Of a stretch of DNA of 64,000 nt, positions 1-10,346 are shown in pieces (the first letter of the stretch is position 1; each line of letters begins with the position of its first letter). Made by a program: the position numbers and the translations under genes. This DNA comes from an uncultured Rhabdochlamydiaceae bacterium (GTDB lineage: Bacteria > Chlamydiota > Chlamydiia > Chlamydiales > Rhabdochlamydiaceae), in contig CAVQHD010000001.1 in NCBI GenBank assembly GCA_963712275.1, forward strand, positions 1,056,001 to 1,120,000. Direction: 5' to 3'. The notes under the pieces were generated by a model. The model was not told the DNA's origin. It did not search any database and was given only the letters and a program-made list of their open reading frames with translations.

Positions 1-2
1 CA

Positions 3-491
3 GGAGCATGGATGGCAGGGCTTCGGTATATCAACTTGAGAGAAGCTTTGGATATCAGCTTTATCAAGGGGAGTGATAAAAGCAGCTATAACGTTCATAC
101 GATGAACCATGTGCCGGCTGTGCAGGTGGGCGGGTTGATTGCATGGAACCCTACGACTAAGCTCTCATGGGAATTTTTGGCAAAAGTTGGGATAGGGTTT
201 GATATCGCGGAGCAAAAAACATTTTTAGGCGATTTGAATAATTCTGTAGTGGTCCGCGACTATGAGAAATCTGGTTTTTCAACTCCTCTTGTGACCGAGG
301 CAGCCATTACACTCACATACCAACCTTGGACGTTTTTAAATATCCACGGAGCATACCAAGTTATTTATTTAAACGGGGTGGTTCTAGCTCCAGATCAGCT
401 GAGGAAAAGCTCGAATAACGAGGCGTTCATAGAAGCGATTGGGGCTCCTTTGATCCATGGTCTGATAGCTGGGCTTTCTTGGAGTTTTTAG
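3..491 (+). CDS. Outer-membrane beta-barrel protein, 3' part (BBP7/Lpg1974-like porin); 5' end outside the window
   Basis: Frame is open from the window edge. Alternating beta-strand pattern, GLRY motif and C-terminal ...AGLSWSF aromatic beta-signal. Confidence 0.6.
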   Translation, partial: GAWMAGLRYINLREALDISFIKGSDKSSYNVHTMNHVPAVQVGGLIAWNPTTKLSWEFLAKVGIGFDIAEQKTFLGDLNNSVVVRDYEKSGFSTPLVTEAAITLTYQPWTFLNIHGAYQVIYLNGVVLAPDQLRKSSNNEAFIEAIGAPLIHGLIAGLSWSF

Positions 492-493
492 AA

Positions 494-593
494 AATGCTG
501 GAGATGGCTTAGAGCAGAAAATGAGGTTTTTAAGGCTGCTACCTTCCGGTCCTGACCTGGTTCAAACAATTTCCTTCCCTAAGGTCCCCAGCG
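494..593 (-). ncRNA. ffs: Signal recognition particle 4.5S RNA
   Basis: Minus strand contains GAACCAGGTCAGGACCGGAAGGTAGCAGCC (SRP domain IV motif with GGAA tetraloop). Terminal stem GCTGGGGA/TCTCCAGC; TAAACT -10 box just upstream (599-604). Ends approximate. Confidence 0.9.
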
Positions 594-646
594 TTTTTAG
601 TTTATACGAAAAGGGATTTTAAGGGTAGAGAGGCGTATCTCACTTT

Positions 647-837
647 CAGGGCATAGGGAATTAGAATAAATATTTAAGACTTTTGCTCACTCAGACTTAT
701 TTCCATTTCTTCACCACGGAGACACGGAGGAGGATGAGATTGCACAGAGTGAAAATTTTTACTCTGTGCAATCTCATCCTCCTCCGTGTCTCCGTGGTGA
801 AGAAATGGAAATAAGTCTGAGTGAGCAAAGGTTTCAA
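647..837. mobile_element. Palindromic element family A, copy 1 (MITE/REP-like)
   Basis: Perfect 69-bp inverted arms 682-750 and 761-829 with a 10-nt loop. Left outer flank CAGGGCATAGGGAATTAG matches the reverse complement of the right flanks of other copies. Confidence 0.85.
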
Positions 838-848
838 CACCCACCCTT

Positions 849-1994
849 TTAAAGTTTTAAATCTTTTTCAAGCTTAGTTCCTGGAAAAAAGGTCTCTAAA
901 ATTTGAGGTGCCTTCTGCCCTTTGTCAGCGAGGATTTTAGCGCTATAGAGGCAAAGCCCTACACCTGGACCTTCTCCATACCCATGAAACACGAGCTCAT
1001 CGCCTTGAAGCTGCACTTGAAAGTCATTGCTTCGAAGGAGGTGTTTTCCGATGATCCGTTGGAAGGTGGTAAAATCGTAGTCTTTGGCATGGGAACCTCC
1101 TGAAACCTTGACGGCGTAGACTTTTTGAGAATGGGGGGCTAGATAAAGGTCAATCGCTGTGACCTTAGGGAGCTCTGTGGCCTCAGCAAGGAGTGCTTTT
1201 GGGAAGGTATGGCTCCAGCGGTACTCTTCTCGATCCTTAAGGGCGATGGGTGCTTCAACGCCAGGAGGGGTTGAGAGGGCTTTACGGAAAATTGCTGCAA
1301 AATCGACGGTGCTTCCAGCACTATTTTGAGTCCAAGTTGCTGCAAAGGGCTTTGTCTCATAAGTTAAAATGGCGTGGTAAGTGGCATCAACAGCTCGATC
1401 GATATGGTGTTTAACCAGCATGGACATTCCTTGATACCCTACATCTTCTGCCATGACATGCCAAAAGGCATTTTTATTTCTTTGGGCAAGAAAATAGGCA
1501 TTTGTACGGGCGATAATGGCAAGTGCGCTTGCCACCTCTTCATGTAACGGAGTCGGAAATTCAAAGGAGAGCGTCGATTTAAGGTAGTTTTCAACATCGA
1601 TTTCGTTAATCACGGTGAATTGACCTTCACTTTGATAGACTTCAATGCACCCGCGGTATTGAATGCCATTGACGAGGATAGAGCTTTGGGAATCCCCTGG
1701 AACAAACCGGAGTTGATACGACCCAGGAAATTTTTCTCCCCAATAAATTCCATCGGGCTCTGCTTTTATAGGGGATCGTTTACTTAAGATGCCCCAGGAG
1801 ATTTGAGTTCCATCAAAGGGGTTGTAAATGTAATGCCGTCCCTTGACTTCAAGTGTTAAGTCGGATGTTTGAGACTTGAGTAGGACTTTTAAAGTGGTTG
1901 GTTTTGATTTCTGTGAAAAATCGGTGTTTTGAGGCGAAGCACCAAGAGTGAAGAGGGCTCCTACCATTATTGTTAGCATCAATCGGAAAGACAT
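849..1994 (-). CDS. SpoIID/LytB domain peptidoglycan hydrolase with signal peptide
   Basis: YRG..EV, VINEIDVENYLK, AIIARTNAY and GYGEGPGVGLC motifs; adjacent to ruvB as in chlamydiae. Confidence 0.8.
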   Translation of the reverse strand: MSFRLMLTIMVGALFTLGASPQNTDFSQKSKPTTLKVLLKSQTSDLTLEVKGRHYIYNPFDGTQISWGILSKRSPIKAEPDGIYWGEKFPGSYQLRFVPGDSQSSILVNGIQYRGCIEVYQSEGQFTVINEIDVENYLKSTLSFEFPTPLHEEVASALAIIARTNAYFLAQRNKNAFWHVMAEDVGYQGMSMLVKHHIDRAVDATYHAILTYETKPFAATWTQNSAGSTVDFAAIFRKALSTPPGVEAPIALKDREEYRWSHTFPKALLAEATELPKVTAIDLYLAPHSQKVYAVKVSGGSHAKDYDFTTFQRIIGKHLLRSNDFQVQLQGDELVFHGYGEGPGVGLCLYSAKILADKGQKAPQILETFFPGTKLEKDLKL

Positions 1995-2011
1995 TATTAT
2001 TCTCCTTAAGT

Positions 2012-3037
2012 TTAATTCTTTGAAGGAAGAGGCCTTCCTAAGTGTTCGTAGGCAAGTTTTGTCGCTTCTCTTCCACGAGGAGTTCGCTTAAGAAATCCTT
2101 GCATGATGAGGTAAGGTTCATAAACCTCTGCAACGGTTTCGGCTTCATCTCCAATGGCAACAGCCAGGTTTTGCAATCCAACGGGACCGCCTTCATGGTG
2201 GTCGATTAAGGTGAGCAAGAGTTGCTTGTCGGTTTCGTCAAGTCCTCGCCGATCAATAGATAACATTTCCAAGGCATCGGAGGCAAGCGAAAGATCAACA
2301 GTCTTCACCTGGCGAGAGATAGCAAAGTCACGGACCCATCGTAGTAAATTATTTGCGATGCGGGGCGTTCCTCGAGATCGAAGGGCGATTTCTTGGGCAG
2401 CCTCTTGGTTAATGGATAGTCCTAAGAGTTTAGAGGAGCGCACGATAATTTTTTCTAAGACAGCAGGTTCATAATAATCTAATCGTGAGGTAAAGGAAAA
2501 GCGGGAGCGGAGGGGAGATGAGAGAAGTCCGATCCGGGTTGTTGCCCCTACCAGGGTAAATTGGTTTAACTTCACTTGAACACTGCGGGCAGAAGGGCCG
2601 GTGTCGATTAAAAGATCGAGGGAGAAGTCTTCCATAGCAGGGTACAGATACTCTTCGATAGTCGCAGATAAGCGGTGGATTTCATCGATAAATAAAACAT
2701 CGCCTTGTTTGAGATTAGTTAAAAGCCCTGCCAAATCGCCAGCTTTTTCAATTACAGGTCCTGAAGTGGTTGTTAAGTGGGTTCCCATGGTTTTGGAAAT
2801 GACATGGGCAAGGGTTGTTTTTCCAACACCTGGAGGGCCGTGGAACAAAATATGACCGAGAGGCTCTTGCCGCATTTGCGCTGCATGCATTAAAATGGAG
2901 AGCCGCTCGCGAACAATTTCTTGTCCTAAAAATTCTGTTAGGGATTGAGGGCGAAGAGTTGTTTCAACTTTTTCGTCAGGTTTAGTCCACGTCGACTGAA
3001 TGAATTTTTCTTGGGTCATTTGAGAGGGTGTCTCCAA
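2012..3037 (-). CDS. ruvB: Holliday junction branch migration helicase RuvB
   Basis: [48 protein letters not shown]. Confidence 0.97.
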   Translation of the reverse strand: METPSQMTQEKFIQSTWTKPDEKVETTLRPQSLTEFLGQEIVRERLSILMHAAQMRQEPLGHILFHGPPGVGKTTLAHVISKTMGTHLTTTSGPVIEKAGDLAGLLTNLKQGDVLFIDEIHRLSATIEEYLYPAMEDFSLDLLIDTGPSARSVQVKLNQFTLVGATTRIGLLSSPLRSRFSFTSRLDYYEPAVLEKIIVRSSKLLGLSINQEAAQEIALRSRGTPRIANNLLRWVRDFAISRQVKTVDLSLASDALEMLSIDRRGLDETDKQLLLTLIDHHEGGPVGLQNLAVAIGDEAETVAEVYEPYLIMQGFLKRTPRGREATKLAYEHLGRPLPSKN

Positions 3038-3085
3038 AATAAAACAATAGCAAAAAACGAATTGCCGAGCTATAGTTTTTCCAAT

Positions 3086-3652
3086 ATGAGTATCAAATCA
3101 GATAAGTGGATTCGGGAGATGGCTCTCAAGCACGCGATGATTGAGCCGTTTGTCGACGGGCAAGTGCGGTATTGCGAAGGGCAGAAGGTGATTAGCTACG
3201 GCCTTTCCAGTTACGGATACGATCTTCGGGTTGCCAGCGAGTTTAAAGTTTTTACCAACATCAATAACTCTCTTGTGGACCCCAAGAACTTTCGAGATGA
3301 TGCGTTTGTCCATATCGAAGGAGACTACTGCATTGTTCCTCCCAACTCCTTTGCGCTTGCGCGAAGTGTCGAATATTTTCGAATTCCACGAGATGTGCTG
3401 ACGATCTGCCTTGGAAAGTCGACCTATGCGCGGTGTGGCATTATCGTTAATGTCACCCCTTTCGAGCCTGAGTGGGAAGGGTATGTAACTCTTGAAATTT
3501 CGAATACTACTCCGCTTCCTGCGAAAGTTTATGCCAATGAGGGGCTCGCTCAGGTGGTCTTTTACCAAGCTTCGGATGTGTGCGAAACGTCCTACGCCGA
3601 CCGCGGCGGTAAATACATGGGACAAACCCACATCACGCTTCCAATTGCTTAG
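3086..3652 (+). CDS. dcd: dCTP deaminase
   Basis: MSIKSDKWI start (ATG 3086), [33 protein letters not shown]. Confidence 0.96.
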   Translation: MSIKSDKWIREMALKHAMIEPFVDGQVRYCEGQKVISYGLSSYGYDLRVASEFKVFTNINNSLVDPKNFRDDAFVHIEGDYCIVPPNSFALARSVEYFRIPRDVLTICLGKSTYARCGIIVNVTPFEPEWEGYVTLEISNTTPLPAKVYANEGLAQVVFYQASDVCETSYADRGGKYMGQTHITLPIA

Positions 3653-3795
3653 AGACTGTCTACGGTTCAGTTTCAGTCGATTATACAGCGGTTATCCCAA
3701 TTCTAATCTTTTATATAAGTTGTAAATTCCAGAGTATCAGCAATTTTCAGCTAACAATCAAGAAAATACAAAATTATCTAGAATATAACAAAGTG

Positions 3796-5190
3796 CTACC
3801 GTAGCTTCTCGGCGAGGATTTCAATGAGCTTGCCACTAGGCACGCGGTCTTGCTTCATCGTATCTCTGTCGCGCAGGGTAACGGTGTCGTTTTCCAGGGT
3901 ATCGAAGTCAACTGTGATGCAAAACGGTGTGCCCAGCTCATCTTGGCGGCGGTACCGCTTGCCGATGGCGCCCGATTCGTCGTACTCAGAGTGCCAGATC
4001 GAGTGAAGCTGGGAGAAAATCTTTTGCGCCTTTTCAGCGAGGGGCTCTTTTTTCATGAGGGGGAAGACAGCAACCTTGACAGGCGCTATGCGGGGGGAGA
4101 AGCGCAAAACAGTGCGCATTTCTCCGTTCTCTAGTTGTTCTTCGTCATAAGCATCGCAGAGAAGGGCAAGAAGGGTTCGCTCGATGCCAAAAGTCGGCTC
4201 GATGACATGCGGAATGAACTTCTCCCTCGTTTCAGGGTCGGTATACTCGAGATTTTGCCCTGAAAATTGTTTGTGGCGGCTGAGATCGAAATCGGTTCGG
4301 TAGGCTAGGCCATAGAGTTCGCTTGTACCAAATGGAAAATCGTACACGATGTCAACGGTTCTCTTAGAGTAGTGGGAGAGTTGATCTTTGAGATGCTCTT
4401 TCTCGTGAACACGGGCTGGATTAAGGCCGATGAGGCGGCACCACTCATGCATAGCAGAGAGCCACTCTTCAAACTTCTTTTGCCACTGGGCTTCATGGAT
4501 GAAGTATTCGATTTCCATTTGTTCAAATTCGATGACGCGAAAGATGAAATTGCCCGGTGTGATTTCATTGCGGAAGGCTTTCCCAATTTGGGCCACGCCA
4601 AAAGGAATTCGAACTCGCAGCGTGTCGATAATATTTTTGAAATCGAGAAAAATCGCCTGCGCTGTTTCGGGGCGTAGGTAAGCGACGTCTCCATCGGCTG
4701 CAGTTTTACTCATCGGAGTGTGGAACATGAGATTGAAGGTGCGCGCTTCGGTGAAGTTGGAGGCGCCGCACTTAGGGCATTTGATTTTATTTTTCTGGAC
4801 GAGTTCGGTCATCTGCTCTAGGGATAGTCCATCGGCGCTTTGCTTTAAAGCCTCTTCGATGAGATGGTCGCAGCGGAAGCGGCCTTTACATGCTTTACAG
4901 TCGATTAACGCGTCATTGAACCCTTCGACGTGTCCAGAGGCTGTCCAGGTTTTTGGATGGAGGAGAATCGGACCATCGAGACCGACCATATCACGTCTTT
5001 CATGGACAAACATCTTCCACCAGAGATCTTTGATATTTTTCTTCAGTTCTGTTCCATAAGGGCCGAACGAGTAGGTGTTTGCAAATCCTCCGTAAATCTC
5101 CGAGCCTGGATAGATGAATCCTCGTCGTTTGCATAGGGCAACAATAGGCTTAAGAGAGTCTTGGATATGAGGAGGTTTAGATTGGCTCAT
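3796..5190 (-). CDS. glyQS: Glycine--tRNA ligase, alpha2 (eukaryote/archaea-like) type
   Basis: CKRRGF..SEIYGG, YLRPETAQ, GKAFRNEITPGNFIFR..EFEQME, PHVIEP, IGKRYRRQDELGTPFC anticodon-binding domain. Confidence 0.95.
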   Translation of the reverse strand: MSQSKPPHIQDSLKPIVALCKRRGFIYPGSEIYGGFANTYSFGPYGTELKKNIKDLWWKMFVHERRDMVGLDGPILLHPKTWTASGHVEGFNDALIDCKACKGRFRCDHLIEEALKQSADGLSLEQMTELVQKNKIKCPKCGASNFTEARTFNLMFHTPMSKTAADGDVAYLRPETAQAIFLDFKNIIDTLRVRIPFGVAQIGKAFRNEITPGNFIFRVIEFEQMEIEYFIHEAQWQKKFEEWLSAMHEWCRLIGLNPARVHEKEHLKDQLSHYSKRTVDIVYDFPFGTSELYGLAYRTDFDLSRHKQFSGQNLEYTDPETREKFIPHVIEPTFGIERTLLALLCDAYDEEQLENGEMRTVLRFSPRIAPVKVAVFPLMKKEPLAEKAQKIFSQLHSIWHSEYDESGAIGKRYRRQDELGTPFCITVDFDTLENDTVTLRDRDTMKQDRVPSGKLIEILAEKLR

Positions 5191-5291
5191 ATGACCTTTA
5201 GAAGATAAAGCTCTTGAAATGTGACCATAACTTTAGATATTTTATAGGACAAAGGGCTTGGAGTCAACCATTCAAAAGTTAGGATCCGTCA

Positions 5292-7073
5292 ATGAATAAC
5301 TTCCCCGTCTTAAACCGCGCGAAAGCTCCCGCGATTGAGTTGATTGACGGACCCTTAAGACTTTTTTTATTATTCATCTTTCCTCTGATGCTGGGAGCTT
5401 CTCAGTCGCCTCCTGTTCCGCCCGCAGGTGTGGTAGATCGGCAAATTGAACAAGAGTATGAAGCAAAGGAAGTGCAGCCTCAAAAGGAAGTTCCTCTTCT
5501 CGAATTTGATCTGCCGGCAGAAGAGCTTGACATTGGAGGAGAGCAGATCACGATTTATGGCGTCGATCTTTCAGGAAATACCGTCGTTCATTCACGTATT
5601 CTCAAGCGGATTTTAAAGCCGTATCTGGGAAAGCCGCTGACGATGAAAGAATTAAGGGATATGTGCCGGCTGATTCAAAACAAGTATGCTCGAAAGGGGT
5701 ACTTTCTCACGCAGGCTTATCTTCCGCCTCAAGAGGTTCGAGAGGGAGTTTTGAAAATTGAAGTAGTTGAAGGGCGCTTGGGGCAAGTGACTGTGATTGG
5801 AAACCGTTATTATAGCGCCAGCTTTATTGCGCGCTACTTTGAAAAATACCAGGGAAAGCCGGTGCAGTATGATAAAATTCTACGGACTTTATTTCTCTTG
5901 GATGACAACTCGGATCTCGAAGTTGGCGCGGTTTTCAAAAAGGGGAGCGAGTTTGCCACGGCCGATTTGATTGTGCGGGCGGCGGATAAGCGACCGATTC
6001 ATCTGACGCTCGACACTAATAATTACGGTTCGGACCATACAACACACGAAAGAACAGGGACTCGCCTTGACTATGGAAATTTAATCATGGATGGAGATCA
6101 GCTCACGGTGATCGAAGTACTCGGAGCACCTGTGACCCGCTTGAATTTTACCGATGTGATTTATCATCTGCCGATAGGGTCGAATGGGCTTGGAATGGAT
6201 GTGTCGTATCTCTGCGCTAATTTTAAAACTAAACGGGTGGATCATATTCGGTATCTTGGCCGTTCCCACATTGGAGAAATAAAATTCAATCAAGCTCTTC
6301 ATCGAACACGGCGTCTTAGCACCGATCTTTTTGTCTCGTTTGATATAAAGCAGGTTCAAAACTATGGAGGAGGCAAGCGGACAAGCTTTGATAAGCTAAG
6401 AGTTTTGACAGAAGGGATCGAGATCGATTATATCGATGGATGGAAGGGGCGGAATGTGTTTAACGTCTCTGCAAGCCAAGGTATCCCGGGGATTTTGGGA
6501 GGGGCATCAACTCGTAGCTCCGATGACAGCCGGGTAGGGGGAGGAGGGCGATTTACCTTTGTGAATGGGAGTTGGAAGAGGCTGCAAGAGCTGCCTTATA
6601 ACTGCTTTTTACTCTTTAATTCGGCCTTGCAGCTGAGCTTTAACCAGCTTCCCTTGCCCGAGCAGATTTACATTGGGGGAATTGACACGGTCCGCGGATA
6701 TGCCTTGGCTGAAGGGCTTGGAGACCACGGGTTTTATGCGACGCTTGAACTTCACGCTCCTCTCCCTTTTCTTCGGGCGCACCATCTTCCATGGTCTGGG
6801 AAAAAAACGTGGGGAGAGTTTCTCCAATTTGTGGGATTTATCGACCATGGACAAACCTTTGCAATTGGAGATATGACCCTCCGCGAGCTTGAAATTGGCT
6901 CAGATAAGACCCACTTTGATAGTCGAGCGATTTTAACCGCGGCGGGGCCTGGCATCCGTCTTCATGGACCCTGGAAGCTTGAATGGAGTTTTGATGTGGG
7001 ATTTCCTTTAACCCAGCGGCACCGCTCTTCCAATACAATCACCTATTTTAGGGTTGCATGGAAAATTCTCTGA
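5292..7073 (+). CDS. Two-partner secretion transporter TpsB (ShlB/FhaC/HecB family)
   Basis: POTRA-type segment (Y..KGYFLTQAYLPPQEVREGVLKIEVVEGRLG), DTNNYGS, EQIYIGGIDTVRGY (VRGY motif), beta-barrel C-terminus. Start uncertain. Confidence 0.9.
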   Translation: MNNFPVLNRAKAPAIELIDGPLRLFLLFIFPLMLGASQSPPVPPAGVVDRQIEQEYEAKEVQPQKEVPLLEFDLPAEELDIGGEQITIYGVDLSGNTVVHSRILKRILKPYLGKPLTMKELRDMCRLIQNKYARKGYFLTQAYLPPQEVREGVLKIEVVEGRLGQVTVIGNRYYSASFIARYFEKYQGKPVQYDKILRTLFLLDDNSDLEVGAVFKKGSEFATADLIVRAADKRPIHLTLDTNNYGSDHTTHERTGTRLDYGNLIMDGDQLTVIEVLGAPVTRLNFTDVIYHLPIGSNGLGMDVSYLCANFKTKRVDHIRYLGRSHIGEIKFNQALHRTRRLSTDLFVSFDIKQVQNYGGGKRTSFDKLRVLTEGIEIDYIDGWKGRNVFNVSASQGIPGILGGASTRSSDDSRVGGGGRFTFVNGSWKRLQELPYNCFLLFNSALQLSFNQLPLPEQIYIGGIDTVRGYALAEGLGDHGFYATLELHAPLPFLRAHHLPWSGKKTWGEFLQFVGFIDHGQTFAIGDMTLRELEIGSDKTHFDSRAILTAAGPGIRLHGPWKLEWSFDVGFPLTQRHRSSNTITYFRVAWKIL

Positions 7074-9130
7074 TTGCAGTTCTGCTAATTGCTCCCTTGA
7101 CTCTCTTTGCCTTAGGAGAACAGCCGGAGGTTGTTGCAGGGCATGCGATTTTTGAGCGGCCTAATGCCCAGACGGAAGTTGTGAAAGTCGCAGATAAAAC
7201 AATCATCGAGTATCAACGATTCAACCTTGCTCAAGATGAAAGGACCGAATTTGTACAGCCTAGCAGTAGGTCAACGCTTCTCTGCCGTATCAAGGGAAGA
7301 GATCCGTCGGTCTTAAGAGGGTGTTTAGAGGCGAATGGGAGGCTTCTTTTTATCAATCCCAATGGAATTTTCTTTTCAGAAACAGCCCAAGTGAGCGTCG
7401 GGACATTGATTGCCTCAACGCTCGACATCCGCAATCACGACTTTTTAAATGACCGGTTTCAATTTAAGAAGGGCTCAGACTCGAGTTCGGGATGGATTGT
7501 CAATCAGGGACGCATCGAAACAGCTCAAGGTGCGGTTTTCTTAGCATCTGAGACGAGCAATCAAGGGGTAGTTTATGCAAAAACTGGAAAAATCATTCAG
7601 CTTGGGGGTGAGTGTATCACGCTTGATTTTGATGGAGATGGCCAGATTTCCTTTGCTATTGAGGCTCCCCTCAAAGAAGGGTTTATTGAACAGGCAGGAG
7701 ATCTTTTAGCAGAAGAGGTGTTTTTAAAATTGCAGGTTGCAGAGCAGCTGATCAAAAGTGTTGTGAATATGAACGGGATTGCTCAGGCAACCCGGATTGA
7801 AATTGACAATGGGGTGATCCGCCTTGCTGCCGGCAGTGCGACAAAAACAGAAAAACTGCACGTAGAAGGGGGGGCAATTGAGCTTGAGGAAGGAGCAGCT
7901 ATTTCTGGAATGTGCAATTTCAAAGCTCGGGAAGGAATTCAGCTGAAGGGATCACAAACATTCAAACAAGTGAGCTTGATTGCAAAAGAGATTGATCAGC
8001 AGGGCCCTGTGGCCTCGAAAGGCCCCGTTTATTATCGAGCTGATCAAATTCGGGTGGGAGATACCATTACGACAACCCAAGCCACCATTACATTTGAAGG
8101 CCCCGTTGTCTTAACAGGAAAGAGAGAGATCCAGTTCAAGACGGGGTTTACGAAAGGAGATGTGATCTTTCATTCGACGCTTGATGCACATGAGCCTACC
8201 CAAACACTGAAAATCCACAATGGGAAAGGGCTGACGGCGTTCAAAGGAGATGTTGGAACAAAGGGGCCTTTGGGCGCGCTGACGATCGATTCTGGGCAGG
8301 TTGTCTTCTACCAGAATATTGGAGGGGTCTCTCCAGGGGTTGTGAACCAGCTCCATGTGAAGGCGGGATCTGCCCATTGTCAAGGGTCTTTGTACCATAC
8401 GGGCGAGCAACTATGGAATACGACGCAAATCTCTCTCACCCAAGCGGGAGCAATCGAGTTTAAAACAGTCCATCGCCCCCTTTGTTTTGGACAGCATGCT
8501 TCGCTTCTCTTAAGTAAGACAGAGGGGCTTAAGATCGATACTCAAGGAGGGAATTTAACTCTTGCACCGATCTCCTCGGACCAGCTTCAGCCGATTGCGA
8601 TTCAAGCAGGAGCTGGGGAAGCGCACGTGAAGGAAATCGGAACAAAGATATCCAAGCTTTTGGTTGAAGGGGGGAGCATTTTGATTGCAGGGCAGCTCGA
8701 AGCAGATCAAATCTTTCTGGGAGCAACCCACCGCTTGGAATATGGTGCGCCTCCCGGAGGCGATATTATTCCAACAGCAATCAAGTCGTCAGGAGTTGTG
8801 ACGTTAAATTCTAAGCACGGTGCTGTCGGCTCTTTTGAATACCCCCTCCATATAGAAACGAGCGGAGAGCTCTATGTAGGCGCAAAAACGATTGCCTACC
8901 TGACTGGCCGGTGCGCTGATCAAAATCCTCATGTCTACTCTAAAAATCCTCCGCCTCGAACATTTTTTGATGGATACGAATACAACTATCTTTTCATTGA
9001 AGAGATCATGGCAGGGGAGGGAGAGCTCAAAACACTTGCGCACGATCTCTTTTCAAGCACTTCTAGCCTATTTATCAATGGCAGTGTGATTCAGCCTCGT
9101 CGGGCCCTGATTTATTATGAACACAAATAA
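7058..9130 (+). CDS. TpsA exoprotein with filamentous-haemagglutinin N-terminal (TPS) domain
   Basis: Signal peptide, F.QPSS, ANGRLLFINPNGIFF secretion motif, beta-helix-like repeats; overlaps the tpsB end. Confidence 0.85.
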   Translation: MENSLIAVLLIAPLTLFALGEQPEVVAGHAIFERPNAQTEVVKVADKTIIEYQRFNLAQDERTEFVQPSSRSTLLCRIKGRDPSVLRGCLEANGRLLFINPNGIFFSETAQVSVGTLIASTLDIRNHDFLNDRFQFKKGSDSSSGWIVNQGRIETAQGAVFLASETSNQGVVYAKTGKIIQLGGECITLDFDGDGQISFAIEAPLKEGFIEQAGDLLAEEVFLKLQVAEQLIKSVVNMNGIAQATRIEIDNGVIRLAAGSATKTEKLHVEGGAIELEEGAAISGMCNFKAREGIQLKGSQTFKQVSLIAKEIDQQGPVASKGPVYYRADQIRVGDTITTTQATITFEGPVVLTGKREIQFKTGFTKGDVIFHSTLDAHEPTQTLKIHNGKGLTAFKGDVGTKGPLGALTIDSGQVVFYQNIGGVSPGVVNQLHVKAGSAHCQGSLYHTGEQLWNTTQISLTQAGAIEFKTVHRPLCFGQHASLLLSKTEGLKIDTQGGNLTLAPISSDQLQPIAIQAGAGEAHVKEIGTKISKLLVEGGSILIAGQLEADQIFLGATHRLEYGAPPGGDIIPTAIKSSGVVTLNSKHGAVGSFEYPLHIETSGELYVGAKTIAYLTGRCADQNPHVYSKNPPPRTFFDGYEYNYLFIEEIMAGEGELKTLAHDLFSSTSSLFINGSVIQPRRALIYYEHK

Positions 9131-10346
9131 ACAAACCGTGGCCGTCATTGGGGGCGGAGCTGCGGGGATTTTTGCTGCACTAAACGTCAAAGAGGCCTCT
9201 CCTACCCTCTCTGTGATTGTGTTTGAAAAATCGGCCGTTTTCCTTTCAAAGGTTCGGGTTTCAGGCGGAGGGCGTTGCAATGTGTCCCATGCCTGCTTTG
9301 ACCCGCATCAGCTCATTAAAAATTATCCTCGAGGAGGGCAGGAGCTGCTGGGCCCTTTCCATCGGTTTCAACCCAAAGACATGATTGCCTGGCTCGCCAA
9401 AAGGGGGGCTGAGTTAAAAACAGAAGATGATGGACGGATGTTTCCAGTGACAGATCGATCTCAAACCATTATCGATGTTCTTTTAAACGAAGCCCGCCAT
9501 CTTCAAGTCGATCTTCGTACAAGGCAGCATCTGACCTCAATCGAGCCCCTATCCCCCGGGTTTCGTCTTCATTTTCGAGATGGAGGTTTGCTAGAGGTTC
9601 AAGCGGTGATTCTTGCCACAGGAAGCAGCTTAGAGGGGTATCGGTTTGCAGAGTCGCTTGGACATACCATTCAGCCGCTTGCTCCCTCCCTTTTCACCTT
9701 TAACGTTCCCTCTTCTCGACTGAGTCGTCTATCAGGGATTGCCGTTGAATCTGCCTGCGTCTCCTTGCCTCAGCTATCGATGCAAGAAACAGGGCCTTTG
9801 CTGATCACCCATTTTGGGTTTAGCGGCCCCGCTGTTCTTAAACTGTCTGCTTGGGGTGCGCGCGAGCTTCATGCAAAGAACTACAAGGCAGAGATCCGCA
9901 TCAATTGGGTTTCTACAGCCTCTTTTCAAGAATTGATCGAGGACTTCAAGCAGATGAAAAAGACCCACCCGTCAAAAACAGTCGGTCAATTAACACGCTT
10001 TAACCTTCCTAAAAATCTCTGGAAAATGTTAATGGCCCCCTGGGAGCACCAAGTGCTTGCCCACCTCTCCAATCACGAGCTCGAAGAGATCTGCCGCACG
10101 CTTCATTCGGATTGTTATCAAATGGATGGGAAAACAACACACAAAGAAGAGTTTGTCACCTGTGGAGGCGTGACGCGGTCAGAGGTCGATTTTCGAACCA
10201 TGCAAAGCAAGCGAGTGCCCCATCTTTTCTTTGCAGGAGAAGTGCTCGATATCGATGGAGTCACAGGAGGGTTTAATTTCCAAAACGCATGGACGACAGG
10301 CTACCTTGCTGGACAAGCCGCTGCAACGCTCTTAATTAAGACTTAG
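9117..10346 (+). CDS. HI0933/BaiN-family NAD(P)/FAD-dependent oxidoreductase
   Basis: IGGGAAG, SGGGRCNV, LLITHFGFSGPAVL, VTCGGV, GEVLDIDGVTGGFNFQNAWTTG. Confidence 0.92.
   Translation: MNTNKQTVAVIGGGAAGIFAALNVKEASPTLSVIVFEKSAVFLSKVRVSGGGRCNVSHACFDPHQLIKNYPRGGQELLGPFHRFQPKDMIAWLAKRGAELKTEDDGRMFPVTDRSQTIIDVLLNEARHLQVDLRTRQHLTSIEPLSPGFRLHFRDGGLLEVQAVILATGSSLEGYRFAESLGHTIQPLAPSLFTFNVPSSRLSRLSGIAVESACVSLPQLSMQETGPLLITHFGFSGPAVLKLSAWGARELHAKNYKAEIRINWVSTASFQELIEDFKQMKKTHPSKTVGQLTRFNLPKNLWKMLMAPWEHQVLAHLSNHELEEICRTLHSDCYQMDGKTTHKEEFVTCGGVTRSEVDFRTMQSKRVPHLFFAGEVLDIDGVTGGFNFQNAWTTGYLAGQAAATLLIKT

Noticed and set aside
2945..3085. 47-aa N-terminal extension of dcd in the ORF track
   Set aside because: It overlaps the start of ruvB on the other strand; the family start MSIKSD is at 3086.
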